NCBI RefSeq assembly: GCF_006345805.1
Contig: NC_042997.1
Location: 31,558,001 to 31,622,000, forward strand
DNA from: Octopus sinensis
Taxonomy: Eukaryota
Reading direction: 5' to 3'
Length of the DNA stretch: 64,000 nt
How positions within the stretch are numbered: the stretch's first letter is position 1; every line of letters begins with the position of its first letter. The position numbers were made by a program, and so were the translations under genes. This document shows, piece after piece, positions 53,452 through 64,000 of this stretch. The notes beneath the pieces are model-generated. The model did not search any database. It was not told the origin of the DNA and was given only the letters and a program-made list of their open reading frames with translations.

Positions 53452-53886
53452 CTGAGTGAGAGAGATGTCTTAAAAACTGTATAAATGCATGTGGACATGT
53501 ACGTGCATTAATAGACATAGCATTCACATATACATAGAAACACATGTATAGATAATTGCTGAAGCCTGGGTATGAATGGAGAGGAAAACGTGAGAGTGAA
53601 TAAGGCATAGAAAAATGGAGAGAGAGTGTGTGAGTAAGAGATGAAGTGAGAGTTAGAGAGAACAGATAGAGAGAGAGACTTTAAAGTAAGGACACATGAA
53701 TCAATGACAAAAGTAATTAGGGTAAAGACAATGGAAGACACGGTACAGATATAGGGTAAGAGTAACAATACTGGTGGAGGTGGCCGCGGCATCGGCAGTG
53801 GTGCTAGTGGAGGAGGGCGGTGGTGGCGTCGGTGGTGGTGGTAATAGTGGTAGTAATTGTGATTGTTTTAATATTAAGGTGGTCAA

Positions 53887-54288
53887 AGGCGGCGAGCTGG
53901 CAGAAACGTTAGCACGCCGGGCGAAATGCTTTACAGCATTTCGTCTGTTTTATGTTCTGAGTTCAAATTCCACCCGAGGTCGACTTTGTCTTTCACGCTT
54001 TCGAAGTCGATAAATTAAGTACCAGTTACGCATTGGGGTCAATGTAATCGGCTTAATCTCTCTGTCTGTCCTTGTTTGTTCCCTCTATGTTTAGCCCCTT
54101 GTGGGTAATAAAGAAATGGGTATTTCGTCTCTTTTATGTTCTGAGTTCAAATTCCGCAGAGGTCGACTTTGTCTTTCATACCTTCTAAGTCGATAAATTA
54201 AGTAACAGTTGCGTACCGGGGTCGATCTAATCGACTGACCCCCTCTCCCCAAACATTTCAGGCCTTGTGCCTAGAGTAGAAAAGAATC
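53887..54288 (+). mobile_element. SINE family A dimer
   Basis: Head, module, long tail, headless second module, short tail. Confidence 0.9.
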
Positions 54289-55344
54289 TTAAAGGTGGTG
54301 GTAGTGGTGGTTGTGTTATGGTTGTAGTGGTAGTAGTTATGTTCTGGGGCGTAGTGGGGGTAGTGCTGAAGCTTAGTGTTGAGGTCTGTGAATGTAACAG
54401 TATTAAGAGTAGTCACATGATGGAGTGGGGGTGGTGGTAACGGTGGTGATAGTGGTTTACTGAGTTGTAGGGTTAGAGCTGTCGGTGGTAAACATAATGG
54501 TGACAGTGGTTGCGTTGATGGTGAGAATGGTGTAGTGCTGAGTGGTTATGGCGGAGGTGACAGTAGGGGGATGGGGATGATATTTGTGGTGGGTTATGTA
54601 GCGGTAGCAGGGGTTCGAGTTCACGAATATGTTACTATTAGGCACAATGAAATAAATGGTGTTGGTATTAATGGTATGGATGGCTACTGACAAAAGAAAC
54701 ACTTTACACAGTAACGTTAGTTTGTAAAGTGTGTTTCAAGAGATAATGGGCGGCAAGGAAGGAAGACCGATAGGAAAGGACAGCAGGGTGTTTTTTGCCC
54801 CAGGATGTTATACTTTGGGATCCAGAAGCAGCTCGAGGTGTACAAACAAAATCGAACACACATACGCAAGATATGTGCGTTGTTAGTTCGTGGGTCGGCT
54901 GCGGCTTTTCGGCGTAAGAGAAAACATCCTCTGTGCGTTTGGTGTAAAAAAAAGAAGCACGTAAAAGTAAGTCATAGTCAAGCGGGACAACTCACATAAG
55001 TCCCTTTTCAGAGCGACAGACATCGATGCTCCGTCACAGTTGTGACCTATCAATGACGCATAGTTTGTATTAGCAAACAGTTATTGTTTTGACCACGTAA
55101 CGATAGACATGCATTTTCCCAGACCTTACACATTTTCTTCTTCTCTGAACTTGTTCTTCTATCTGCGGAAGAGCCGTGCTCGAAACATCATTTCTACTTC
55201 TATTTTTTCCGTCTAAACCTTACACTGAACGTTAATGTAATAGATTTACTGAGTACATCGAATTCACTTTTGTTATTTATTTGTTTTTTGTTTTCATTTT
55301 ATTCTTGAATTTGCCTACACACACATACACACATTCACATGCAG

Positions 55345-55476
55345 ACGTTTTTCTTTCCTTTTTACGATCCCTTTTGATCGAAAACCTACCCCACCTTGTT
55401 TTTTTTCCCCCAAAAGAAAAGCTCTACTTTGTAATTATCTCGTCTGTGTTCAGCCCTGTGTGGCTAATAAAGAAAC
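55345..55476 (+). mobile_element. Third copy of the (GATA)n-associated retroposon 3' end
   Basis: tttacgatcccttttgatcgaaaacctac...caaaagaaaagctctac...cagccctgtgtggctaataaagaaac, then (GATA)n/(GACA)n. Confidence 0.8.
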
Positions 55477-55493
55477 AGATAGATAGATAGGTT

Positions 55494-55531
<38 letters not shown>

Positions 55532-55556
55532 TAGATAGACAGACAGACAGACAGGC

Positions 55557-55640
<84 letters not shown>

Positions 55641-56480
55641 GGAGAGTGGGAGGGAGGAGGAGGGAGGGAGAAAGCCCTGAATGGATCAGAAAATAGATCG
55701 ATTGATAGATCTAATTTTTATATAGATAAACATTTCTGAACTTTAACTTTATATCTGAATATATTAATTATTATAACGGCACATCATTTAGTATATTTAA
55801 TGGAAAGAAAAACCCTTAATGACCAATTAATCTTAAGAAGAATTTTATTTAATTAAAAAATACAAACAAGTAAAAAAAAAATATGAAACAAAAGGAAACG
55901 TTATCTATACATAAACGATAAAACTCATAAGTTTATTATATTCTGATAAATATGAATAATTTACATATCTTAGATAGAGAAGCTTGTTATTTATGAATCA
56001 ATGAACCAATATTAGATTATTACATAGATAGATATTACATTGACAAAACATGAGCCCCTATCAAAAGAATGACGAAGAGAAAGTAGATACAATAGAGTTA
56101 AAAGAGAGACGAGATCAAGGATCTGTATACTAGAATCATAGACTGGGATGGTTTGAAGATATTTAGATAGGAATATTGTCAAAGAACAGTAAGTTTGAAG
56201 AAACAATAGAACGCTTGGTAAAATGCTTTATGATATTCAATTTCGTTCATCTAAGTTCATAATCCGTGCGACTTGGCTTCGCCTTTTATCTATCTGAAGT
56301 CGTATAAAATGTTGATGGCGTATAATTGCGCATTTATGCATTGCATTTATTAATTTTATTGCCAGTTATCATATGCATGTATGTAAGTATGTATGTGTGT
56401 ATGTATGTATGTTCGTATAGACATAAACATACATTTATCAATCCATAAACATGCCCATCCATCCATTTATCCTTCCGTTC

Positions 56481-56548
<68 letters not shown>

Positions 56549-56563
56549 CTATCTATCTATCTT

Positions 56564-56594
<31 letters not shown>

Positions 56595-57468
56595 ATATAT
56601 GTATATGCATATATATATATATATACATATGGTGTATATATTAATATATATATATATGTGTCTCTCTCTCTATATATATATATATGTATATATATATGGA
56701 TATATATGTACATATGTATATAGTATATATATATGTATATATGTATATATGTATATATGTATATATATTATGAATATATATATATGTATGTATGTATATT
56801 ATGTAGTATATGTATGTATATATATTTATATACTCTATATATGTATGTATGTATGTGTATTATATATAATATATATATATAGTATATATATATAATATAT
56901 ACATTCCTTCCGGGTTGGGCTGTTCACGACTGTGAAGCAAATAAATTGCTTGCAGTTTATACAACGCTGGCGTGATCTCGGGGCCACATGAAGGAGGTGA
57001 TAAATATCAGTGAAAATTAATTTGTAGATGTTAGGATTATATTAGAAAGACATTGTTAAGGTGTATTAAGTATGAATAACATGTGTAAGTATGGTTAGAT
57101 TGGGACACACTTTGAATCCACTAATGTTATGCATTATAGAAAGATTTGACTGTAATTTTGGGAGGAGGGTTAAGTTGTTGGGTGTGACCTTTGTTCTAAT
57201 TAGAATGACAATGATGACTTAAATGATTACTGAGAGGACGGCTAAGTTTATGTGATAGTTTATCGTTGTTTCAATGGAAATATTTCTACAGTCTAAAAAG
57301 TTAATTATTGTTGTGGGTGTGATTTGGAGATAGACAGCAAAAATGCTTGCAAATATGTATATATGTAAATACACACACACAACGCAAACATACACATATT
57401 TCCATACACACACCAATATCAATATCTGTATCTCTCTCTCTCTCTCTCTCCTCTCTCCTCTCTCTCTC

Positions 57469-57518
<50 letters not shown>

Positions 57519-57536
57519 GTCTGTGTGGTGTGTGTG

Positions 57537-57574
<38 letters not shown>

Positions 57575-57580
57575 AGATAG

Positions 57581-57709
<129 letters not shown>

Positions 57710-57951
57710 CAGATAGCCAGATAGATAGATATGCACACACATATGAATGAATGTTTGTATATATATATACACAAATACACATGCAGACACTATAATCAAT
57801 ATTTGCTGTATGTAAAATATATATTTTAGTATACTATACAACTCATAATGTGGCGCACTGGCAGAATCACACACATACATACGTCTATCTACATAACAGA
57901 CCACTATTCTTCTCTACCAGTGTAAACTGCGGGTATGTGGTATGATATCTT

Positions 57952-58140
57952 CTATGTATATTTACTATTTAGTATTTGGGAAGTTTCATTTATGAGAACG
58001 TATTCCTGTATTTGTCTGAGTGTTGGGTCCTTTGGGTGCTTGGATAAGATGCGGATGTCAAGTTGACTCAGGTTGCCTCCATATTGGTCCTTGGCATGCT
58101 GGTAGAGTATGGAAGACTGTTTTTGTCTCAAATGTCCATT
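57952..58140 (-). mobile_element. Penelope-like element GIY-YIG endonuclease C-terminal relic
   Basis: HLRQKQSSILYQHAKDQYGGNLSQLDIRILSKHPKDPTLRQIQEYVLINETSQILNSK resembles the PLE pattern H....S.I..H.......F.IL......R.I.E...I....P.LN. Confidence 0.65.
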
Positions 58141-58469
58141 TACATACAAACACGGTACATAGTTGCAAAACACACACACGAACTCAGACATGCACACACA
58201 AGGAGACAGAGTTGCACACACATATATACAAACACACACACAAACACACACGCACACATATAAAAACACACAAGCACAGACAAATAAACACATGGAAATG
58301 CAGAATAGATACATACAAATGTGCACACAGATACATATGCACACACACATACATACAAATACACATACATACATATGTATATACATACATACATACATAC
58401 ATACATACATACACACACACTGATCCACACACATGCGCAAAAATAAAAAGGAACGCAGTGTGAATAACG

Positions 58470-58670
58470 GACAGAGTCAAAACTATTGAAAAGGTTGCAC
58501 GACGCAACGAAAATTTTAGAAAAATAAAAATGAAGTAAGTGGAAATTTTACCGATGAGTGTGTTAAATCATAAGGCACTGAAAGAGAATGACTCTCTCCA
58601 GACACAACAGAATATGTTTCAACACACGAACTCACAAAGAATCTTGCAAACCAAATCCCAAAGCGAAAGA
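58470..58670. mobile_element. Monomer of the repeat that forms the 37.2-37.5 kb palindrome
   Basis: gagtcaaaactattgaaaaggttgca.gacgcaacgaaaattttag...gtggaaattttaccg...aatcttgcaaaccaaatcc. Confidence 0.85.
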
Positions 58671-58875
58671 TATATATCTTTTATCTTTTACTTGTTTCAA
58701 TCATTAGATTGCATATATATTTAGATATATATACATTTCTTTCCTTAAAGCTACTCGCTAAAATGCTATATAGATTTTATCCTTATATTTTATTTACATT
58801 TATACATGTATATAGTAATATGCATACATATATATATATATATATATAATTATATATAATATAATATATATATAT

Positions 58876-58975
58876 NNNNNNNNNNNNNNNNNNNNNNNNN
58901 NNNNNNNNNNNNNNNNNNNNNNNNNNNNNNNNNNNNNNNNNNNNNNNNNNNNNNNNNNNNNNNNNNNNNNNNNNN
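58876..58975. other. Assembly gap (100 N)
   Basis: Run of n between a (TA)n tract and array 2. Confidence 1.
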
Positions 58976-59117
58976 CTCTCCCGAAATGCAATTCGTAAAA
59001 GTTTGCCATTCATCCGGATATAGTATATATAAACTCACCCATGTGCTTCGTTCATGTTGATCAGTTAGCTGATCGGCTTAAGCGAAGCAGGGTCGTTGTT
59101 TATTTATAGTATATTCA

Positions 59118-59161
59118 GCCTGCTGATGATTACGTAAGTATGAAATCACTGTGATACAGGT
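59118..59161 (+). ncRNA. Type I hammerhead ribozyme motif (array 2, unit 1)
   Basis: gcctg CTGATGA t tac gtaa gta t GAAA tcac t gtga T A caggt; predicted cleavage after 59156. Confidence 0.8.
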
Positions 59162-59594
59162 CTATATATTTTTAAATGTCTTTCTTTGAAAAATTGCATT
59201 CGGTGGGATTAGTAATATTTTTGGTAGAAATGACTGATTGTCCCTCTTAGCGTATGGCGTGTATGTAGAATGCCTCCTGGCATGTATGTATAATGCCCTC
59301 TATATAAATTAATATGTTCAATAAGAAATAATTATTTTCGAAATTTTTTCTCTTATGAGGTTTTTACGCTATCTACCTGACAATTTCTTGTTAAGTTTTC
59401 CTTATTAAGTAGTTGTCCTTAATTGCTAAATTTTATTCCGAAAAAACTTTTCCTCTCCCGAAATGCAATTCGTAAAAGTTTGCCATTCATCCGGATATAG
59501 TATATATAAACTCACCCATGTGCTTCGTTCATGTTGATCAGTTAGCTGATCGGCTTAAGCGAAGCAGGGTCGTTGTTTATTTATAGTATATTCA

Positions 59595-59640
59595 GGCCTG
59601 CTGATGATTACGTAAGTATGAAATCACTGTGATACAGGTC
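59595..59640 (+). ncRNA. Type I hammerhead ribozyme motif (array 2, unit 2)
   Basis: ggcctg CTGATGA t tac gtaa gta t GAAA tcac t gtga T A caggtc; predicted cleavage after 59634. Confidence 0.85.
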
Positions 59641-60071
59641 TATATATTTTTAAATGTCTTTCTTTGAAAAATTGCATTCGGTGGGATTAGTAATATTTTT
59701 GATAGAAATGACTGATTGTCCCTCTTAGCGTATGGCGTGTATGTAGAATGCCTCCTGGCATGTATGTATAATGCCCTCTATATATAAATAATATGTTCAA
59801 TAAGAAATAATTATTTTCGAAATTTTTTCTCTTATGAGGTTTTTACGCTATCTACCTGACAATTTCTTGTTAAGTTTTCCTTATTAGTAGTTGTCCTTAA
59901 TTGCTAAATTTTATTCCGAAAAAACTTTTCCTCTCCCGAAATGCAATTCGTAAAAGTTTGCTATTCATCCGGATATAGTATATATAAACTCACCCATGTG
60001 CTTCGTTCATGTGATCAGTTAGCTGATCGGCTTAAGCGAAGCAGGGTCGTTGTTTATTTATAGTATATTCA

Positions 60072-60117
60072 GGCCTGCTGATGATTACGTAAGTATGAAA
60101 TCACTGTGATACAGGTC
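60072..60117 (+). ncRNA. Type I hammerhead ribozyme motif (array 2, unit 3)
   Basis: Identical to unit 2; predicted cleavage after 60111. Confidence 0.85.
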
Positions 60118-60371
60118 TATATATTTTTAAATGTCTTTCTTGAAAAAATTGCATTCGGTGGGATTAGTAATATTTTTGGTAGAAATGACTGATTGTCCCT
60201 CTTAGCGTATGGCGTGTATGTAGAATGCCTCCTGGCATGTGTATAATGCCCTCTATATATAAATATATATACATATATATATACATACATACAGAGGTGA
60301 GGAGATGAATGTATACAATATACTTAATGTACGTATATATATATATATATATATATATATGCTTACATATG

Positions 60372-60612
60372 CACTTTATTTCGCGTTGCTCCATTTTACT
60401 CAGCTGTAGAAATGAGTTGCGACATCACTGGTGCCAAGCTGTATCGGCCTTTGCCTTTCCCTTGGATAACATCAGTGGCGTGGAAAGTACAGGCTGATAT
60501 GCATGGACAACTGCTGGTCTTCCATAAATAACCTTCCCGGATTTGTGCTTCCGAGGGGAAATTTCTAATTGCAATCTCATGGTCATTCTTGACCGAATGG
60601 GGTCTTTAATTT
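60372..60612 (+). mobile_element. SINE family E, 3' part
   Basis: tttatttcgcgttgctcca...ctcagctgtagaaatgag...ctgtatcggcctttgcctttcccttgg...ggtcattcttgacc. Confidence 0.75.
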
Positions 60613-62884
60613 TACATGTGTACCTAAAAATGTAATATGTAATTTCGCATACACAAGCACACATAGCTAGAAATAAGTCTTTTCGAAAATATTTTTTGTA
60701 ATAAAGTGTTTTAACTAAGACCTCAAAAAATACGAAAATAAATTCCTGAACACAACAACAATTTAAGTGTACGCAGATATAAATATAGACAAGACGAAAG
60801 GTCAGTCGAAAATAATGACTGGTTATAGCATAATAAATAAAATATGACAATAGACTCAGATGTGTTCTCCGGACAAGAATTCGTGTTTCTTATTAAAACG
60901 TATATTTCTGCCTTGTTAAGGTAAAAGAAATATTCCTAAGAGAGAAAGTCTAGACTGTAAAACCGATAAGGAAATCCAAATAAATCGAATAGAGCGAAAG
61001 CGTCGATTGGTTACAAATTTTGGCGGAAAGCCAACGATTTCGGTGGGAGAAGGTAAGTCAATTACATTGACCCCAGTATCGAACTGGTTTTTTTTTTCGA
61101 CCCTTAAAGGATGAAAGGCAAAGTTGATCTCAGCGGTGTTTGGCCACAGAATGTACAGACGGACGCAATGCAGGTAAACATTTTGCTCAGCTTGCGTGAT
61201 TCTGCCAGCTCGCTAAACATATTTTTGCAGGTCAGAAATTTCACGGGTGTGGATAAGTCGGTAATATCGACCTCAGTGCTCAACCGGCACTTATTTTATC
61301 GACCCCGAAAGGATGAAAGACACAGTCGACTTGCGCAGAATTTGAACTCAGAAGGTAAAGTCAGGCGAAAGATATCAATATTTTCGCAGAGGAAGCTTCA
61401 GCTATTTCCGGAGCTAGAACTGAATATTGTTGCAATTTGCGATATATTTTCCGTCAGTATGATGGTTGCAAACAAGTCGAGATATCTTCATTCCGAATTT
61501 TGTTTGAATACCAATCGTAGGACTATGTCTCATCATACCAAATATCTATATTGTTGTTTAGTCTCGATTAAGTAACGTCCAAGCAAAGCCCCAACTCATA
61601 TCTGAACACGCGAAATCTATGATAAAAAGACATTCCAACATTCAACACCCTACATTTTGTGTTTCTGATAGATAGTGTATATATCAAGGGTCACATTGCA
61701 CAAGGTGTATTTATTTTATTCTTATTTTTAATTTTCTTAGACAGGAAGTAGCGATTTAAGGATGATTTGGGTCGCCAGCTCAAGCGATCACGTGAAAGCT
61801 TCGTCGTTGTTTTGTCCTAATTAAGTACTGCAAGAAATATTCCCGCATGATGAGTAATTTGATGTACGTTATGACACAGTGTTATAGTTCATCTGTAATC
61901 AACGGTGGTAGTGTTTAATTGTGGTCGACTTGTAAGATATAAACTACAAGTGATTGTCCTATATACTATCCTGGACGGAAAGTTCGAACCACTATGTGGT
62001 CACTTAATCTAAAAGTATCATCAGTCAAATCTCCCTCAAATTATAAACTAGTCTTGTTAAGAAAGGGGTACATTCGATTTATAGCCCTAGATGTCACAGT
62101 ACACTATATTTCTTTATTGGTGTCACAGTACACTAGTAAGAGTAGTAATGGTCATGTTTCAGACACATTTACTTATAGATCGGACCAGTTAGAATTCACG
62201 GAGAGTTAATCGTCACGAAAAGCAAGCAATAGCGAGCGGATCATAGAAATATAGAGAGAGACACTATAGATTCTGTATCATGTTAGCAGTGAATGTATAG
62301 CAATCTCATGTTGCTTTTCCTTTAATAATACTCAACCAATCTTCTACCTGATTAAATACTAATACGTTGGAGCTTTGCACTAGTTTACCGTAAGTGTGCG
62401 CATGCGTGTGTGTGAGTGTGTGTGCGCGTGTGCATGAGTGTTCATTGCTGCTAGATTTCAAAGAAGGGAACTAAAGTACCTTTAAATGATCATTTCCTAT
62501 GGCTTAGATAAATTTCGCCTTATAGGCGGTCGAAGTGTTTTAACAGTGTTACTAGACTTTTCCTATCTTGATCAGAGATGTCCCGGGGGCTATGCAACAG
62601 CAATAATGAGTCTTTCTCAGCTTTACTCAAGACTCGTAATTCTGAGGGAGAAGGCATGTCGATTACATCGGCCTCAGTACTTGAGTGGTATTTTATTGAC
62701 TCAGAAATTATGGAAGGCAAAGGTGACTTTGGCAATATGTGAACTAAAGAACGTAATGAGCCGGAAGGAATGTTGCAAAGCAATTTGTCCTGCAGGCTAA
62801 CGATTCTGCCAGCTCGCCTGCTCCTTTAAAAAAACAAAAAACAAGGAAAATTAGAATAGTAACGTGACATTAAGCGTTATTTGT

Positions 62885-63745
62885 AAGGCGGCGAGCTGGC
62901 AGAAACGTTAGCACGCCGGGCGAAATGCGTAGCCGTAATTCGTCTGCCGTTACGTTCTGAGTTCAAATTCCGCCGAGGTCGACTTTGCCTTTCATACTTT
63001 TGGGGTTGATAAATTAAATACCAGTTACGCACTGGGTTGATGTAATGGACTCAATCCTTTTGTCTGTCCTAGTTTGTCCCCTCTATGTTTAGCCCCTTGT
63101 GGGCAATAAAAAAATAAGAACCGCTAGCACGCCGGACGAAATGCTTAGCGGTATTTTGTCTACCGTTACGTTCTGAGTTCAAATTCTGCCGAAGTCGACT
63201 TTGCCTTTCATCCTTTCGGGGTCGATAAATTAAGTACCAGTTACGTACTGGGTTGATGTAATCGACTTAATCCGTTTGTCTGTCCTTGTTTGTACCCTCT
63301 ATGTTTAGCCCCTTGTGGGAAATAAAAAAAATAAGAACCGCTAGCACGCCGGACGAAATGCTTAGCCGTATTTTGTCTACCGTTACGTTCTGAGTTCAAA
63401 TTCTGCCGAAGTCGACTTTGCCTTTCATCCTTTCGGGGTCGATAAATTAAGTACCAGTTACGCACTTGGTCGATGTGATCGACTCAATCCGTTTGTCTGT
63501 CCTTGTTTGTCCCCTCTGTGTTTAGCCCCTTGTGGGAAATAAAAAAAATAAGAATCGTTAGCACGCTGGACGAAATGCTAAGCGGCATTTCGCCCGTCGC
63601 TCCGATCTGAGTTCAATTCCGCCGAGATCTTTTTTACCTTTCATCCTTTTGGGGTCGATAAAATAAGTACCAGTTGAATACTAGGGTCGACGTAATCGAC
63701 TCATTCCCGCTCCCGAAATTGCTGCCCTTGTGGAAAAATTTGAAG
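62885..63745 (+). mobile_element. SINE family A tetramer (217-bp internal period)
   Basis: One full head at 62885; headless units restart at aaccgctagcacgcc / aatcgttagcacgc at 63119, 63336 and 63553; the last unit has the short tail. Confidence 0.9.
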
Positions 63746-64000
63746 CTATATTCAGTGTTATTTGTGACTCGTTGTTCACAAATAGACGTAATATTATGTC
63801 ATTTGTGTGGTGTCAATATTTCACATGGTTGTAGTTACACATCATGCAGCAGAATTTCGCGCCTTCTTTTACATATCTTAAGATAATTTCAGTCAGGATG
63901 TGTAATGATGTAAAAATAAAAATAAATGACCAAAAAAAAAACCTGAACATTATCGAGAGAAAACAATTGGAAATGTTTTATCGATTACTACCAATCACTA

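Larger units (their letters stand above)
58976..60264 (+). mobile_element. Hammerhead-ribozyme tandem array 2 (~2.7 visible units of 477-478 bp), diverged homolog of array 1
   Basis: ctctcccgaaatgc recurs at 58976, 59453 and 59931. Collinear with the array 1 unit (e.g. tttttaaatgtctt.ctttgaaaaa.tgcatt, atgaggttt...acgcta.ctacc.ga.aatttcttgttaag). Ends in TA-rich sequence. Confidence 0.85.

Noticed and set aside
54804-54917. DVILWDPEAARGVQTK resembling dihydropyrimidinase IWDP motif
   Set aside because: That frame stops after 37 codons and the similarity is too short.
56905-57340. Minus-strand RCINCKQF as a gag zinc knuckle
   Set aside because: The knuckle is incomplete (no H/C) and interrupted by stops.
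58783-59038. ORFs containing X runs
   Set aside because: They span the 100-N assembly gap.

Overview
Repeat-saturated, essentially non-coding animal DNA, most likely an Octopus intron or intergenic region. That assignment is an inference from the tRNA-derived SINE families, Dong/R4, RTE and CRE LINE relics, and extreme microsatellite load. No host protein-coding gene can be supported: most ORFs in the track are microsatellite translations, and the recognisable ones are decayed transposon fragments (CR1-like, Dong/R4, CRE, RTE, Penelope GIY-YIG, Tc1, DD41D/rosa). The standout observation is two diverged tandem arrays of a ~480-bp non-coding unit (14770-16157 and 58976-60264). Every unit carries a type I hammerhead ribozyme motif on the + strand (CUGA(C/U)GA...GAAA, palindromic stem III, NUH site). 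Stems I and II differ between the arrays but keep their pairing, both arrays end at the same unit position against (TA)n, and array 1 has an inverted 5' segment. This fits a non-LTR retrozyme or Penelope pseudo-LTR system that could produce ~480-nt self-cleaved or circular RNAs. Other observations: a second hammerhead-like family with a non-canonical CUGU core, a ~50-bp 3' tail shared between a SINE and a (GATA)n-embedded retroposon, multimeric and tail-swapped SINEs, a SINE with a built-in microsatellite, a 280-bp palindrome, paired foldback MITEs with 8-bp TSDs, a Helitron nested in a MITE, and a 66-bp hairpin minisatellite. Coordinates were read by eye and may be off by a few bases.
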